A program made the position numbers and the translations under genes. A model generated the notes under the pieces. That model ran no database searches, was not told the origin of the DNA, and saw only the letters and a program-made list of their open reading frames with translations. From a virus: a stretch of 51,717 bases of DNA. The stretch is taken from IMG/VR virus record IMGVR_UViG_3300045988_038298; one strand, written 5' to 3'. This document shows positions 17,827-26,463 of this stretch, piece after piece (the stretch's first letter is position 1; the number at the start of each line of letters is the position of its first letter).

Positions 17827-18740
17827 ACATCCTTCCTTTCGAAATAAACACCAAAGCTTGTCATTGCCTGTTCAATATCTTTAAGTTCCTCTTCTGTAGC
17901 AACAACGGTGTAAATTACCTTCTTAGACTCTTCACTGCTCAAGAATCTTGCCTGTTCCTCATCTACTTCTTTCAGCTTTTCAACAGTTTCTTTCTCCGCT
18001 TTTCTTTTGATTTCCTCTTCTTCGAGGATTCTTCTACGTTCTTCAAGACGGATGCGTTCTCTTTCAGCTTCCAATTCTCTTTCTCTTCTGGCAGCTTCTT
18101 CTGCTTCTTTTCTCTTAAGGATCTCTGCTTTCTGAATTTCGTAATCACTAAGATACTTAATTGCTGATGCAAGGTTGTTGTTCTCCATGTAGAAGTTGAG
18201 AGCAGTTTCTTCTTTTTCTGATCTCATGGCTTTGATAGCATTGATATCAGCATTTGTAGTTGCAACTCTGCTAGTAAGTTCTTCTCTAATGTCTTTCATT
18301 TTTGTGCCGGCATTCGTCCACTTCTTTCCGTAGATACGCTCCAATGGAATGTAATCCTGTAATTCACCCGGTACAATTTCTTCATAAGCAAGCAAGATCT
18401 CTTCTTTACGTTCATTGATACGCTTCTCTTCGAATTCTTTTACCTTGTAATCAATTAGTGTGATTGGCTCATCGATTAATGTGATAAGTTCCTTTACCTT
18501 AGCTTCGAACTCATCATAAGGCTTCATATATTCTTTCTTTACTTCAATTCTTCTCTCGTTTACTGCTGCTTTTTTCTTTCTCAGCTCTGCGAGGTCTTTC
18601 TTCGCATCCTTTTTTGTATCTTCCGTAAACTCTTTACTTTTATATTTCTCAAGCTCCTGTGACACCTGGTTCTTAAATTCATCAAAGTTAGCTGTGATTT
18701 CTCCAATGCTCTGCACCACATTAAATTTCAGTTCGTTCAT
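17823..18740 (-). CDS. DUF1351-like protein (partner of the annealase)
   Basis: Position upstream of ERF; charged coiled-coil C-terminus; N-terminus typical of the family. Confidence 0.6.
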   Translation of the reverse strand: MNELKFNVVQSIGEITANFDEFKNQVSQELEKYKSKEFTEDTKKDAKKDLAELRKKKAAVNERRIEVKKEYMKPYDEFEAKVKELITLIDEPITLIDYKVKEFEEKRINERKEEILLAYEEIVPGELQDYIPLERIYGKKWTNAGTKMKDIREELTSRVATTNADINAIKAMRSEKEETALNFYMENNNLASAIKYLSDYEIQKAEILKRKEAEEAARRERELEAERERIRLEERRRILEEEEIKRKAEKETVEKLKEVDEEQARFLSSEESKKVIYTVVATEEELKDIEQAMTSFGVYFERKDV

Positions 18741-19014
18741 CTTTCATTTCCTCCGCATTGTAATTGTCTGCAAGTCTCTTATGCATCTTATGTTGTGTGA
18801 TTCCCAATTCATCAAAGGACAGTTCCTCATGCTCCCACACCGATGGTTCTTCGTGCTTGACCGGAAGTCCGATAATTGCTTTCACTGTGTCCAGTTTGAT
18901 ATATCCGTTTTCTTCATTGCTGATGTAAGCTTTGAGCGTTTCCATTCGTGCATCTGTTTTGCACAGCTCTTCAAATTTTGAAACGCTTACTTCAAGTGTT
19001 TTTTCTAACAACAT
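18721..19014 (-). CDS. hypothetical protein (97 aa)
   Basis: ORF in operon. Confidence 0.5.
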   Translation of the reverse strand: MLLEKTLEVSVSKFEELCKTDARMETLKAYISNEENGYIKLDTVKAIIGLPVKHEEPSVWEHEELSFDELGITQHKMHKRLADNYNAEEMKDERTEI

Positions 19015-19026
19015 TGCTTTCTCCTT

Positions 19027-19260
19027 TCACAATGGCAGTTCTTGTACTAATTGCAGAACAAGTGTGCTAATTGCAAGAAGTTTTTCGTCAACGTCTCTAT
19101 CTCCACGCACGTACCGTTCTACGTTTGCGAAAATGTATGCTGATGCTTTCATAATCAAATCTTCGTCTTTGACACCATTCATGTCACAAAACTCTGATGC
19201 AAATATTGGAATGATTGCGTTCAGCTTATCCAAAGTTATGGTAAAATTATCTTTTTTCAT
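19027..19260 (-). CDS. hypothetical protein (77 aa)
   Basis: ORF with RBS aaaggagaaag. Confidence 0.5.
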   Translation of the reverse strand: MKKDNFTITLDKLNAIIPIFASEFCDMNGVKDEDLIMKASAYIFANVERYVRGDRDVDEKLLAISTLVLQLVQELPL

Positions 19261-19345
19261 TGCTTTCTCCTTTTTGAATTGTTATTATTAAGTTGGTTAA
19301 TTACCTAAGCGCCTGAAGATTTGCCGTCTTTCCCGGGCGCTTATT

Positions 19346-19528
19346 TTAATATCCGAAGATAACCCATGTTGCGATTCCTAAGACAACTACCAATCCCATC
19401 GCAACTACTGTCATAACAGCAGACTTTTTTTCTTCTCTGTCATCATGCTCAATTCTTCTTGGCTTTCTCTTGATATCAACTATCTGGATTGCTCTTCTTT
19501 GGATGTCGATCATATCGATCTGATTCAT
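19346..19528 (-). CDS. small membrane protein (60 aa)
   Basis: C-terminal TM segment VMTVVAMGLVVVLGIATWVIFGY. Confidence 0.45.
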   Translation of the reverse strand: MNQIDMIDIQRRAIQIVDIKRKPRRIEHDDREEKKSAVMTVVAMGLVVVLGIATWVIFGY

Positions 19529-19599
19529 TTTTTCTACCTTCTTTCTTGTAAGATATACACGGATAACCTCTGCTTCTCTCTATGCAGTGTTTTCTTTTT

Positions 19600-19986
19600 C
19601 TACAGTTGCGACAGTTCATATTCTTCTCTGCCTTCCATTTTTCTTACTAACACCATTGCTTCTACCGGATCATATTCAGGCACATACTTTTTCGTAGCAC
19701 CTTCGAGATGTTTGAAGAACCGGTTGTAATCTGCGTAGACCGCTTTATCGATGTATCTGTCAATAATCGCATCTTTTGGATACCGACCTAGCTTGATCTG
19801 ATTCATGATTCCGTATTTCCGATTCTTAACAGTTCCCATTGATTGACCGTAAGCTTCTTTAAAGTAAGATGTCTTTGCGTATCTGTTCACTGGCTTTCGT
19901 TCTTCTTTGACAGCTTCAGCAATCAGAGGAAGCAATTCTTGGATACGTTCCAATTCTGCAACGGCTTGTGCTTTTGTCATCTGCAT
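19600..19986 (-). CDS. hypothetical early protein (128 aa)
   Basis: ORF directly downstream of the cro-like gene. Confidence 0.5.
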   Translation of the reverse strand: MQMTKAQAVAELERIQELLPLIAEAVKEERKPVNRYAKTSYFKEAYGQSMGTVKNRKYGIMNQIKLGRYPKDAIIDRYIDKAVYADYNRFFKHLEGATKKYVPEYDPVEAMVLVRKMEGREEYELSQL

Positions 19987-20001
19987 TTGCCATTTCCTTT
20001 C

Positions 20002-20211
20002 TTACTGCTTCTTTCTTGACTTCTTCTCGGAAATTAGATCATCAACTGTACAGCCCAAAATATCAGATACTTTTTTTATACTTTTTACTGTAGGGCTTAC
20101 GCTTTTTCCCCATTTGCAAATACTCCCTGTTGATAGTCCTGCTTTTTCTTCAAGCTTATTGATAGAGATTCCACGCTTTTTTGCCATTTTGCAAATATTT
20201 TCGTAAATCAA
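20002..20211 (-). CDS. Cro-like XRE-family HTH regulator
   Basis: ISINKLEEKAGLSTGSICKW HTH; proposed TTG start 5 nt after ggaggtg (the ORF could extend to 20259). Confidence 0.65.
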   Translation of the reverse strand: MIYENICKMAKKRGISINKLEEKAGLSTGSICKWGKSVSPTVKSIKKVSDILGCTVDDLISEKKSRKKQ

Positions 20212-20265
20212 ATTTTCACCTCCAATATTATTTTTTGTAAGTTCTGAAAATATCGCCAAATTCTA

Positions 20266-20294
20266 TTGACTATCTTCTGAAAATATCCTATAAT
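20266..20294 (+). promoter_or_regulatory. sigma70 promoter TTGACT-17-TATAAT reading toward the repressor gene
   Basis: ttgactatcttctgaaaatatcctataat; an operator copy fills the spacer. Confidence 0.65.
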
Positions 20295-20371
20295 TCGAAT
20301 TACCATAAACAAATAAATAGCACATTGACATTCCGATTTATTTTTGCGATTTTTTCAGAACTTATAATTTT

Positions 20372-20399
20372 ATTATACGCGATATATTCAGAATGTCAA
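20372..20399 (-). promoter_or_regulatory. sigma70 promoter TTGACA-16-TATAAT reading toward the cro-like gene
   Basis: - strand ttgacattctgaatatatcgcgtataat; an operator copy fills the spacer. Confidence 0.6.
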
Positions 20400-20437
20400 G
20401 AGGTTTTTGCGATTTTTTCAGAAAGGGATATAAAACT

Positions 20438-20854
20438 ATGAAAGAACGTATTAAAAGCTTGTGTAAGTCACATGACATATCAATGAACAAGCTAGAAGAA
20501 ACTCTTGGTTTTGGGAAGGGATATATTAGTAAACTGGGAAGCAGTACACCTAATACTGCTAAGATAAAACAGATTGCTGATTACTTTAATGTAACGGTCG
20601 ACTATCTGATGACTGGCGAAGAAAAGAAAGAGGATCCTTATGCAATTACTTCCAAAGACGAAAGAGACATTGCAAAGGATTTAGAGAATCTCCGTGGAAA
20701 ATTAATGAATGGTGCAGATGGTCCGCTCTCTTACGAGGGTGAACCTATTCCGGAAGAAGACACAGAACTGCTTCTTGGACAGATCGAATTAATGATGCGC
20801 CGGTTGAAACCTATCAATAAGGAAAAATACAATCCTAACAAGAACAAGAAGTAG
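20438..20854 (+). CDS. cI-like XRE-family HTH repressor
   Basis: ISMNKLEETLGFGKGYISKL HTH; divergent from cro-like; followed by ImmA. Confidence 0.8.
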   Translation: MKERIKSLCKSHDISMNKLEETLGFGKGYISKLGSSTPNTAKIKQIADYFNVTVDYLMTGEEKKEDPYAITSKDERDIAKDLENLRGKLMNGADGPLSYEGEPIPEEDTELLLGQIELMMRRLKPINKEKYNPNKNKK

Positions 20855-21295
20855 GTGTTGCAATTGAAAGCACATGATGTTAAGCGCTTAGTTGCTTATT
20901 ACGTCAAAAAGTATGATACTAGAAACCCTTTTAGGCTTGCAGAATATCTGAATGTTGAAGTTCAGACCGGTCCGCTTGGATCCCGCGCTGGATGCTATAT
21001 GTTCCTCAAGAACCATAAGTGCATCTTCCTTAACGAAGATTTAGAGGAACATGAAAGAACTCTTGTCATGGCTCACGAACTTGCTCATTCGATTATGCAC
21101 CGAAAGGAAAATTGTTATTTCATTAGAAACAAGACTCTTCTGCTGACTTCCAAGATGGAAATTGAAGCGAATACTTTTGCAGCAGAACTGTTGATACCAG
21201 ATGAACTGATCTATGAGAATCCTGGAATGCCCAGAGAACAAATAGCACGCTTGTCTGGATATAATGAAATGATTATGAAATTCAAAGAATTGTAA
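20855..21295 (+). CDS. ImmA/IrrE-family zinc metallopeptidase
   Basis: HELAHSIMH (HExxH), EIEANTFAAELLIP; GTG start abutting the repressor stop. Confidence 0.8.
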   Translation: MLQLKAHDVKRLVAYYVKKYDTRNPFRLAEYLNVEVQTGPLGSRAGCYMFLKNHKCIFLNEDLEEHERTLVMAHELAHSIMHRKENCYFIRNKTLLLTSKMEIEANTFAAELLIPDELIYENPGMPREQIARLSGYNEMIMKFKEL

Positions 21296-21310
21296 TTGCG
21301 AGGTTATTAT

Positions 21311-22129
21311 ATGAGGCCTAGCCAGTTTAATCTAATAAGAAGAATGTGCATCCGGATGTCTAGGCAACGATATTATGAAAAGGTTGCGAAAAAGAACAGG
21401 AAGAAGAAACAAAAACTTCTAAACAAACAGCAGAAACTTATTAACAAGCAAGAAAGAAAGAAACGTAGAGCTACAGAAAAAGAACAGGTGACGTTATACA
21501 AAAAGATGCATCCAACTCCGAAAGTTATCCGCACTTCTGCATTTTATAGGAATATAACTCTTGCTATATTTTTTGGATGGTTTATCCTTTGGTTTTGTGT
21601 GATAAGTATACCTACAAGACCATCTGATAGCTTTCTGGATTCATTGTTTCTTTTAATCGGATGGGGAATCCTTCTTCTGTATCCGATGATTCGATACATA
21701 GTACAGAAGAGAGATGAAACAGCAAAGCGAGATACGGCAGTCTGTCCTCTCTGCGGATCCACAATGGAAAATGGTTATAATTTCTGTACTTCTTGCGGTT
21801 TTTCACTAATTCCGCATCAACCCCAAAACGTTCCTCAAAAAGAGAAACGTTGTCCTTCTTGTGGAGCAATAGTAGACAAGAATTACAATTTTTGTACAGA
21901 GTGCGGATATTCTTTTTTACAGCAACCTAAAATTACCAAATTGTCAGCAGAAGAAAGAAAAGAACTCCGAGAACAATATAAAATGCAGCGTGAGATTGAT
22001 CAGCATTGGAAGTTTAGGCAAAAGCGGATTGAAGATGATACGCTTAGGAATATCAAGAGCCAGAATTACAAGCTAAAAAAGGAAGATGACAGGGAAAATC
22101 GTGACCAATATGATGAATTAACAAAATAA
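21311..22129 (+). CDS. membrane protein with double zinc-ribbon domain
   Basis: Basic N-terminus; TM segments (ITLAIFFGWFILWFCVISI, FLLIGWGILLLYPMI); CPLCG..FCTSCG and CPSCG..FCTECG. Confidence 0.6.
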   Translation: MRPSQFNLIRRMCIRMSRQRYYEKVAKKNRKKKQKLLNKQQKLINKQERKKRRATEKEQVTLYKKMHPTPKVIRTSAFYRNITLAIFFGWFILWFCVISIPTRPSDSFLDSLFLLIGWGILLLYPMIRYIVQKRDETAKRDTAVCPLCGSTMENGYNFCTSCGFSLIPHQPQNVPQKEKRCPSCGAIVDKNYNFCTECGYSFLQQPKITKLSAEERKELREQYKMQREIDQHWKFRQKRIEDDTLRNIKSQNYKLKKEDDRENRDQYDELTK

Positions 22130-22219
22130 GGATATAACTCCCGGAAGGGATTTATATAAAGCGTGTGGTGCGCTTAGCAAACAAGGCTATATCACTAAAA
22201 GAAAGAGAGGGAAACACGA

Positions 22220-22798
22220 ATGAAAAAGAAAGGCGGATGTTTAAAAACTGTATTAATTGTTATCGGCGTAATTATTATACTCGGTATCATAGGTTCTGTT
22301 ATTGGTGGAAAGGATGACGGACCTAAAAAGGTAAACAGCGACACTTCTACTGACGCAACGCAAGATGCTTCAAAGAATGAATCAGAGCCGGAACAGACTG
22401 TATTTAACGTTGGAGATACTGTGAATCTCAATGATGTTGAAATTACACTTGTGAACATCACCGAATCTGCCGGTGGGGAATATACTACCCCTGACGAAGG
22501 AAACGAGTTCTTAATCCTTGAGTTTGAGATTGCAAACAACTCATCAAAAGATATCAGCATCAGCTCCGTAATGAATTTCGAAGCCTATTGCGATGATTAC
22601 TCACTAACACAAGATCTTGTTGGACTTCAAGCCCCTGAAGCTAGTGGAAAGAATCAGCTTGATGGAAGTGTTGCTGCTGGAAAGAAGATGAACGGTGTGA
22701 TTGCATATCAGGTACCTACAACTTTCTCGAAATTCGAGGTTAGCGTTGCTCCTGATTTCTGGTCATCAAAAGATATTCAGTTTGTTTACAGTAAATAG
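22220..22798 (+). CDS. DUF4352-like secreted/membrane-anchored protein
   Basis: N-terminal TM/signal sequence; GDTVNLNDVEITLVN...NEFLILEFEIANNS.KDISI. Confidence 0.6.
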   Translation: MKKKGGCLKTVLIVIGVIIILGIIGSVIGGKDDGPKKVNSDTSTDATQDASKNESEPEQTVFNVGDTVNLNDVEITLVNITESAGGEYTTPDEGNEFLILEFEIANNSSKDISISSVMNFEAYCDDYSLTQDLVGLQAPEASGKNQLDGSVAAGKKMNGVIAYQVPTTFSKFEVSVAPDFWSSKDIQFVYSK

Positions 22799-22844
22799 TT
22801 AATTTGCGGTGTTTGGAACAAGGTTCATTTGCATGAGAGGAACC

Positions 22845-23018
22845 ATGAATATAAAAGAATACGTTTATGACAACAAACTTTCTTCCTTATCCGATACAGA
22901 ATTGAGAGCTTATGGAAGAGAACTACTGGCAAGACAATATGCCGGTGAAGAACTTACAGATGAGTTATATACAGAGTTGAGAGATGTATGTAGCGAATTT
23001 GTAAACAGGGATAATTAA
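22845..23018 (+). CDS. small hypothetical protein (57 aa)
   Basis: ORF upstream of the integrase; start MNIKEY after gagagg. Confidence 0.4.
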   Translation: MNIKEYVYDNKLSSLSDTELRAYGRELLARQYAGEELTDELYTELRDVCSEFVNRDN

Positions 23019-23195
23019 ATAAAATAAAACCGCTCCTGTTGGCGCAGGAACGGTTGACACACCAAACTCCGAAGAGCGGTGCAGATTATATGAAGCAATA
23101 ATATTGTATCATCTTCGGGGCAGTCATACAAGCAGAACTGTTGTTCTGTTGTGGGGCTGTTATTTTTGTACTCAAATATAGAAAGGAAGATGATT

Positions 23196-24299
23196 ATGTG
23201 GGTTGAAGAAAGAAAATCAGGATTTAAATTTATTGAACGCTATACAGATCCAATGACAGGAAAAGTTAAACGAGTCTCAATTTCCATGCCAAAAAATACT
23301 GCAAAGAATCGCAAGTTGGCAGCTGCTACACTCCAAGAGCGCATTGATCAGAAATTAAAGACAGCATCAACGCAGAAGAAAGACCTTGCCTTAAAGGAAC
23401 TCATAGAGCTATACAATGTGGAACAACTGAGGACAGTCAAGCAGTCTACGTACAACAGGAACTGTGGAGCGTGTAAGTCTATTGCAAAGATTCTCGGACC
23501 ATCTATCATTGCATCGAAGTTAAATGCGGGATATATCAGAGAACGTTTTCTCGCTACTGGCAGAGCTCCTGGAACGCTCAACGAATGGATGGTAAGGCTC
23601 AAGGCTCTGTTGAGATGGGGATACCGTAATGATTACATTGAAGATATCTCCTATCTCAACAAGATTGAACGGTTTAAAGATGTTTCTCACCGCAAGAAGA
23701 TTGAAGACAAATTTCTTGAGTCCAGCGAAGTGGAATTGTTGCTTGATGAGATGAAAGTGGAAAAATGGAAAGTGCTAACAGAATTCCTCGTCCTGTCTGG
23801 TCTCCGATTCGGCGAAGCAGCTGCGCTTGAGAAACCAGATGTTGATTTGAGAAAGCGTGTGATCCATGTCACGAAAACCTATGATGTCAACAATGACATT
23901 GTAACAACCCCAAAGACGGACTTTTCTATCCGAGACGTATATATTCAAGACGAACTGGCAAAAGTCTGTAGAAAGGCACTGAGAATGGCTCAGAACGACA
24001 ATGTGATACAGTTTAGCAACCTATTGTTCACTGGTACAGTTCGTGAGCACATTGACCACTTCGCTTACAACAAATACCTCAAGGAAAATTCCATGAAAGC
24101 TATCGGTAGAAGCATCACACCACACACGCTAAGACATACACACGCAAGTCTGCTAATGGAACAAGGAATTGATATCGACAGCATCTCAAAAAGACTTGGA
24201 CATAATGACAGTAAGGTCACAAGAGAAATTTATTTACACGTTACGCAGAAGTTGGAAAGTAAACGAAATGAGCAGTTGAAAGAATTGAAAATTTTATAG
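23196..24299 (+). CDS. int: tyrosine recombinase / phage integrase
   Basis: LSGLRFGEAAAL (Arg box), TPHTLRHTHASLL, LGHNDSKVTREIYLHV (catalytic Tyr). Confidence 0.9.
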   Translation: MWVEERKSGFKFIERYTDPMTGKVKRVSISMPKNTAKNRKLAAATLQERIDQKLKTASTQKKDLALKELIELYNVEQLRTVKQSTYNRNCGACKSIAKILGPSIIASKLNAGYIRERFLATGRAPGTLNEWMVRLKALLRWGYRNDYIEDISYLNKIERFKDVSHRKKIEDKFLESSEVELLLDEMKVEKWKVLTEFLVLSGLRFGEAAALEKPDVDLRKRVIHVTKTYDVNNDIVTTPKTDFSIRDVYIQDELAKVCRKALRMAQNDNVIQFSNLLFTGTVREHIDHFAYNKYLKENSMKAIGRSITPHTLRHTHASLLMEQGIDIDSISKRLGHNDSKVTREIYLHVTQKLESKRNEQLKELKIL

Positions 24300-24300
24300 C

Positions 24301-24320
24301 CTGCCCCCTTTTTGCCCCCT
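24301..24320. repeat. 20-bp direct repeat ctgccccctttttgccccct, copy 1
   Basis: Identical to 24496-24515; each copy holds two GCCCCCT half-sites. Confidence 0.85.
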
Positions 24321-24334
24321 TTTGGAATTTTTGC

Positions 24335-24379
24335 AAAAGAAAAACCCCGGAAGCACCGCATTCATGGGCGATTCCGGGG
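24335..24379 (-). terminator. intrinsic terminator ending the late/lysis operon
   Basis: - strand CCCCGGAA-loop-UUCCGGGG followed by UUUUUCUUUUG. Confidence 0.65.
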
Positions 24380-24403
24380 AAAAGTTCAAAGCTGTCTAGG
24401 GGA

Positions 24404-24427
24404 GTACCTGTATATATAAATAGGTAC
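24404..24427. other. candidate attP core: GTACCT-12 nt AT-rich-AGGTAC
   Basis: Perfect 6-bp inverted repeat around gtatatataaat, midway between the two 20-bp direct repeats. Confidence 0.35.
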
Positions 24428-24495
24428 AAACTACTGCGAAATATCGCACTTTAAGGCATTTTCAGCACTGAAACCGTACAACAAAGTACAATGTT

Positions 24496-24515
24496 CTGCC
24501 CCCTTTTTGCCCCCT
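24496..24515. repeat. 20-bp direct repeat, copy 2
   Basis: Identical to 24301-24320. Confidence 0.85.
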
Positions 24516-24565
24516 CACATGATACAATATTTACGCCCCAGAGTCAAATGCTCCGGGGCATATTT

Positions 24566-25636
24566 TTACTCAATCCAAGCCTGGAACTTGTCAATGAATC
24601 TGTATTTGTCTCCGGCGAATCCGTACATACCGCTTGCTTTCAGCGTATCGACCTGATCTGCATAGAAGTTCTTGTTGTTCTGAACAGAAACTCTGTAATG
24701 GACCATCTGGTACTCATATCCTTCCGGTGTGATGTAGTACAGTTCAACTGCAAGAATCTCTGAACCATCTCCGAGGATTCCATTCTTCTTATCATTCAGA
24801 TCATAGCTGTTTCCAAATGTCAAATATGGAAGCCATCCGTTAGCCTGTGTATAGACACGCGCCCTAATGCTTCCCTTGCTTACCTTAATAGCAAGCCATC
24901 TGATTGCAATGTTGTCTCTCGCTCCCGCCCAGTCAATCTTATTGACTACTGGTGGCCACCATCTGTCTGTGAAAGCCTGATATGTAATATCGACCTGTCC
25001 TAAGTCTTTCTTTTCTACCGGCTTAGATGGTGCTGACGGTGTAACAGGTGTAGCACTTCCACCAAATTCCATGTAGCAATGGTTCACATCTACTCTTCCA
25101 CTGACTCCATCTACCTGTCCATCAGAAGCGTACTGCCAGATAGCATACTGACCATTATATGTATCTTCCGGAAGATTCTTGTATCTTGCCATCCACTCAA
25201 TGTACTTGTCACGTACACTGCCAAGATGGTTGTTGAACCAACTAAGTGAAGCGTAGATTCCAGGAGTATATCCATTCGCCTTAAGTCCTTCGCATACAAT
25301 CTCACAGCATCTAGGAGCATAGTTCTGTGTTCCCGGCTCTTCCACATCAATGAAAATTGGTAACTGAAATGTATGCCCTTTAATCAATCTGAGAATATGC
25401 TCAAGCTCTGATTTCGACTGTCTGTCACAAGTAGCGTAGCTGTACAGATAGACTCCTACCGGAATTCCAAGTCTTTCACACTCTGCAAGGTTACGAATCC
25501 ACTGCTTATCGTCCTGTGATGTGATATCATCTCCATATCCGCATCTAAGAATAGCTCCGGCACAACCGGATGCTTTTACTTTTTCCCAATTTATCACTCC
25601 ATTATGATAGCTAACATCAATGATTAACTTACTCAT
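24566..25636 (-). CDS. endolysin: GH25 muramidase with C-terminal wall-binding region
   Basis: IIDVSYHNGVINWEKVKASGCAGAILRCGYG; follows the holin. Confidence 0.85.
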   Translation of the reverse strand: MSKLIIDVSYHNGVINWEKVKASGCAGAILRCGYGDDITSQDDKQWIRNLAECERLGIPVGVYLYSYATCDRQSKSELEHILRLIKGHTFQLPIFIDVEEPGTQNYAPRCCEIVCEGLKANGYTPGIYASLSWFNNHLGSVRDKYIEWMARYKNLPEDTYNGQYAIWQYASDGQVDGVSGRVDVNHCYMEFGGSATPVTPSAPSKPVEKKDLGQVDITYQAFTDRWWPPVVNKIDWAGARDNIAIRWLAIKVSKGSIRARVYTQANGWLPYLTFGNSYDLNDKKNGILGDGSEILAVELYYITPEGYEYQMVHYRVSVQNNKNFYADQVDTLKASGMYGFAGDKYRFIDKFQAWIE

Positions 25637-25808
25637 ACCAGCCACCTTCTTTCAGCTCTGCTTTCTTCTGCTCAATCTCCGCAGCATGTTCCTCTGCAAA
25701 CTTCTCCATAACTTCAAGTGATGTTCCTTCGTTGTCGGAGATTTCTTTTGCTGAAAGTCCGTAAGCGAAACTCTTAATGATTTCTTTTACTTCCTGTTCT
25801 GTCGTAAT
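25629..25808 (-). CDS. 59-codon open frame between holin and endolysin with no canonical start before codon 34
   Basis: Hand translation ITTEQEVKEIIKSFAYGLSAKEISDNEGTSLEVMEKFAEEHAAEIEQKKAELKEGGWYE; its stop overlaps the endolysin ATG. Confidence 0.3.
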   Translation of the reverse strand: MTTEQEVKEIIKSFAYGLSAKEISDNEGTSLEVMEKFAEEHAAEIEQKKAELKEGGWYE

Positions 25809-26101
25809 TACTCTTCCTTTCCATTCTGCTTAATCAACTGGTTGACATAATTACTTAATCCAGCCACTAAAATTCCCTGTACGATTGCGGTAAACATTGC
25901 CATTGCGATTTCCTGTCCAGTTCCGAGAGTACAAGTAGCAACCACATAGATACCGCAGATCACGATTCCTGCAATTCCTAAGATGCTAGGAATATACTTG
26001 TCTGCGATAGTCTCAGATTGCTTAATTGCCATGCCAATAAAGTACAGCGCGATAGCCACAACAATAAGTTCCGGTTTAATGTAATTGATAATCTGCTCCA
26101 T
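25808..26101 (-). CDS. holin (three predicted TM segments)
   Basis: 97 aa; TM stretches LIVVAIALYFIGMAI, ILGIAGIVICGIYVVA, AMFTAIVQGILVAGL; charged C-terminus. Confidence 0.7.
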   Translation of the reverse strand: MEQIINYIKPELIVVAIALYFIGMAIKQSETIADKYIPSILGIAGIVICGIYVVATCTLGTGQEIAMAMFTAIVQGILVAGLSNYVNQLIKQNGKEE

Positions 26102-26103
26102 GA

Positions 26104-26418
26104 TTATTCTCCTTTTTCTCTTAAGTGTAATTCTTCAATTTCGTGCATCATCTTTGTAATCATTCCATTGCCACCGAGTTTGTGATACGCATTATACATT
26201 TCACAGAAATTCTCGTAAGCATACGATGGGATTGAGCCAAGTCTCATATACTTATCATGGTATTCAATCAACTGGACTCTAAGTAAAAGCATCGTGCCTT
26301 TACTATTCGCATCCCTATCTTTCTTCTGATTTTTTAAAAGCCACACAACATAGCCCATGAGAGCTGTCAAGACGATTGGCAATGCTGTGACATAAGTTTG
26401 ATATAAAAAGTGCTCCAA
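26104..26418 (-). CDS. N-terminally anchored membrane protein of the lysis cassette
   Basis: TM segment ALPIVLTALMGYVVWLL; adjacent to the holin. Confidence 0.5.
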   Translation of the reverse strand: MEHFLYQTYVTALPIVLTALMGYVVWLLKNQKKDRDANSKGTMLLLRVQLIEYHDKYMRLGSIPSYAYENFCEMYNAYHKLGGNGMITKMMHEIEELHLREKGE

Positions 26419-26463
26419 CGGTTTCTGCCTCCCTATTCTCCGAATTGTTCCGATTTTTCTTTT

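Larger units (their letters stand above)
20242..20423. promoter_or_regulatory. five operator-like 15-bp repeats, TTCTGAAAA(A/T)ATCGC
   Basis: Forward copies 20242-20256 and 20275-20288; inverted copies 20346-20360, 20379-20393 and 20409-20423. Confidence 0.7.

Noticed and set aside
19290-19345. Imperfect hairpin AAGCGCC...GGCGCUU downstream of 19346..19528, considered as a terminator.
   Set aside because: No U-tract follows on the - strand, and the next gene starts about 40 nt away within the same operon. It may be a processing or stability element, but the evidence is weak.
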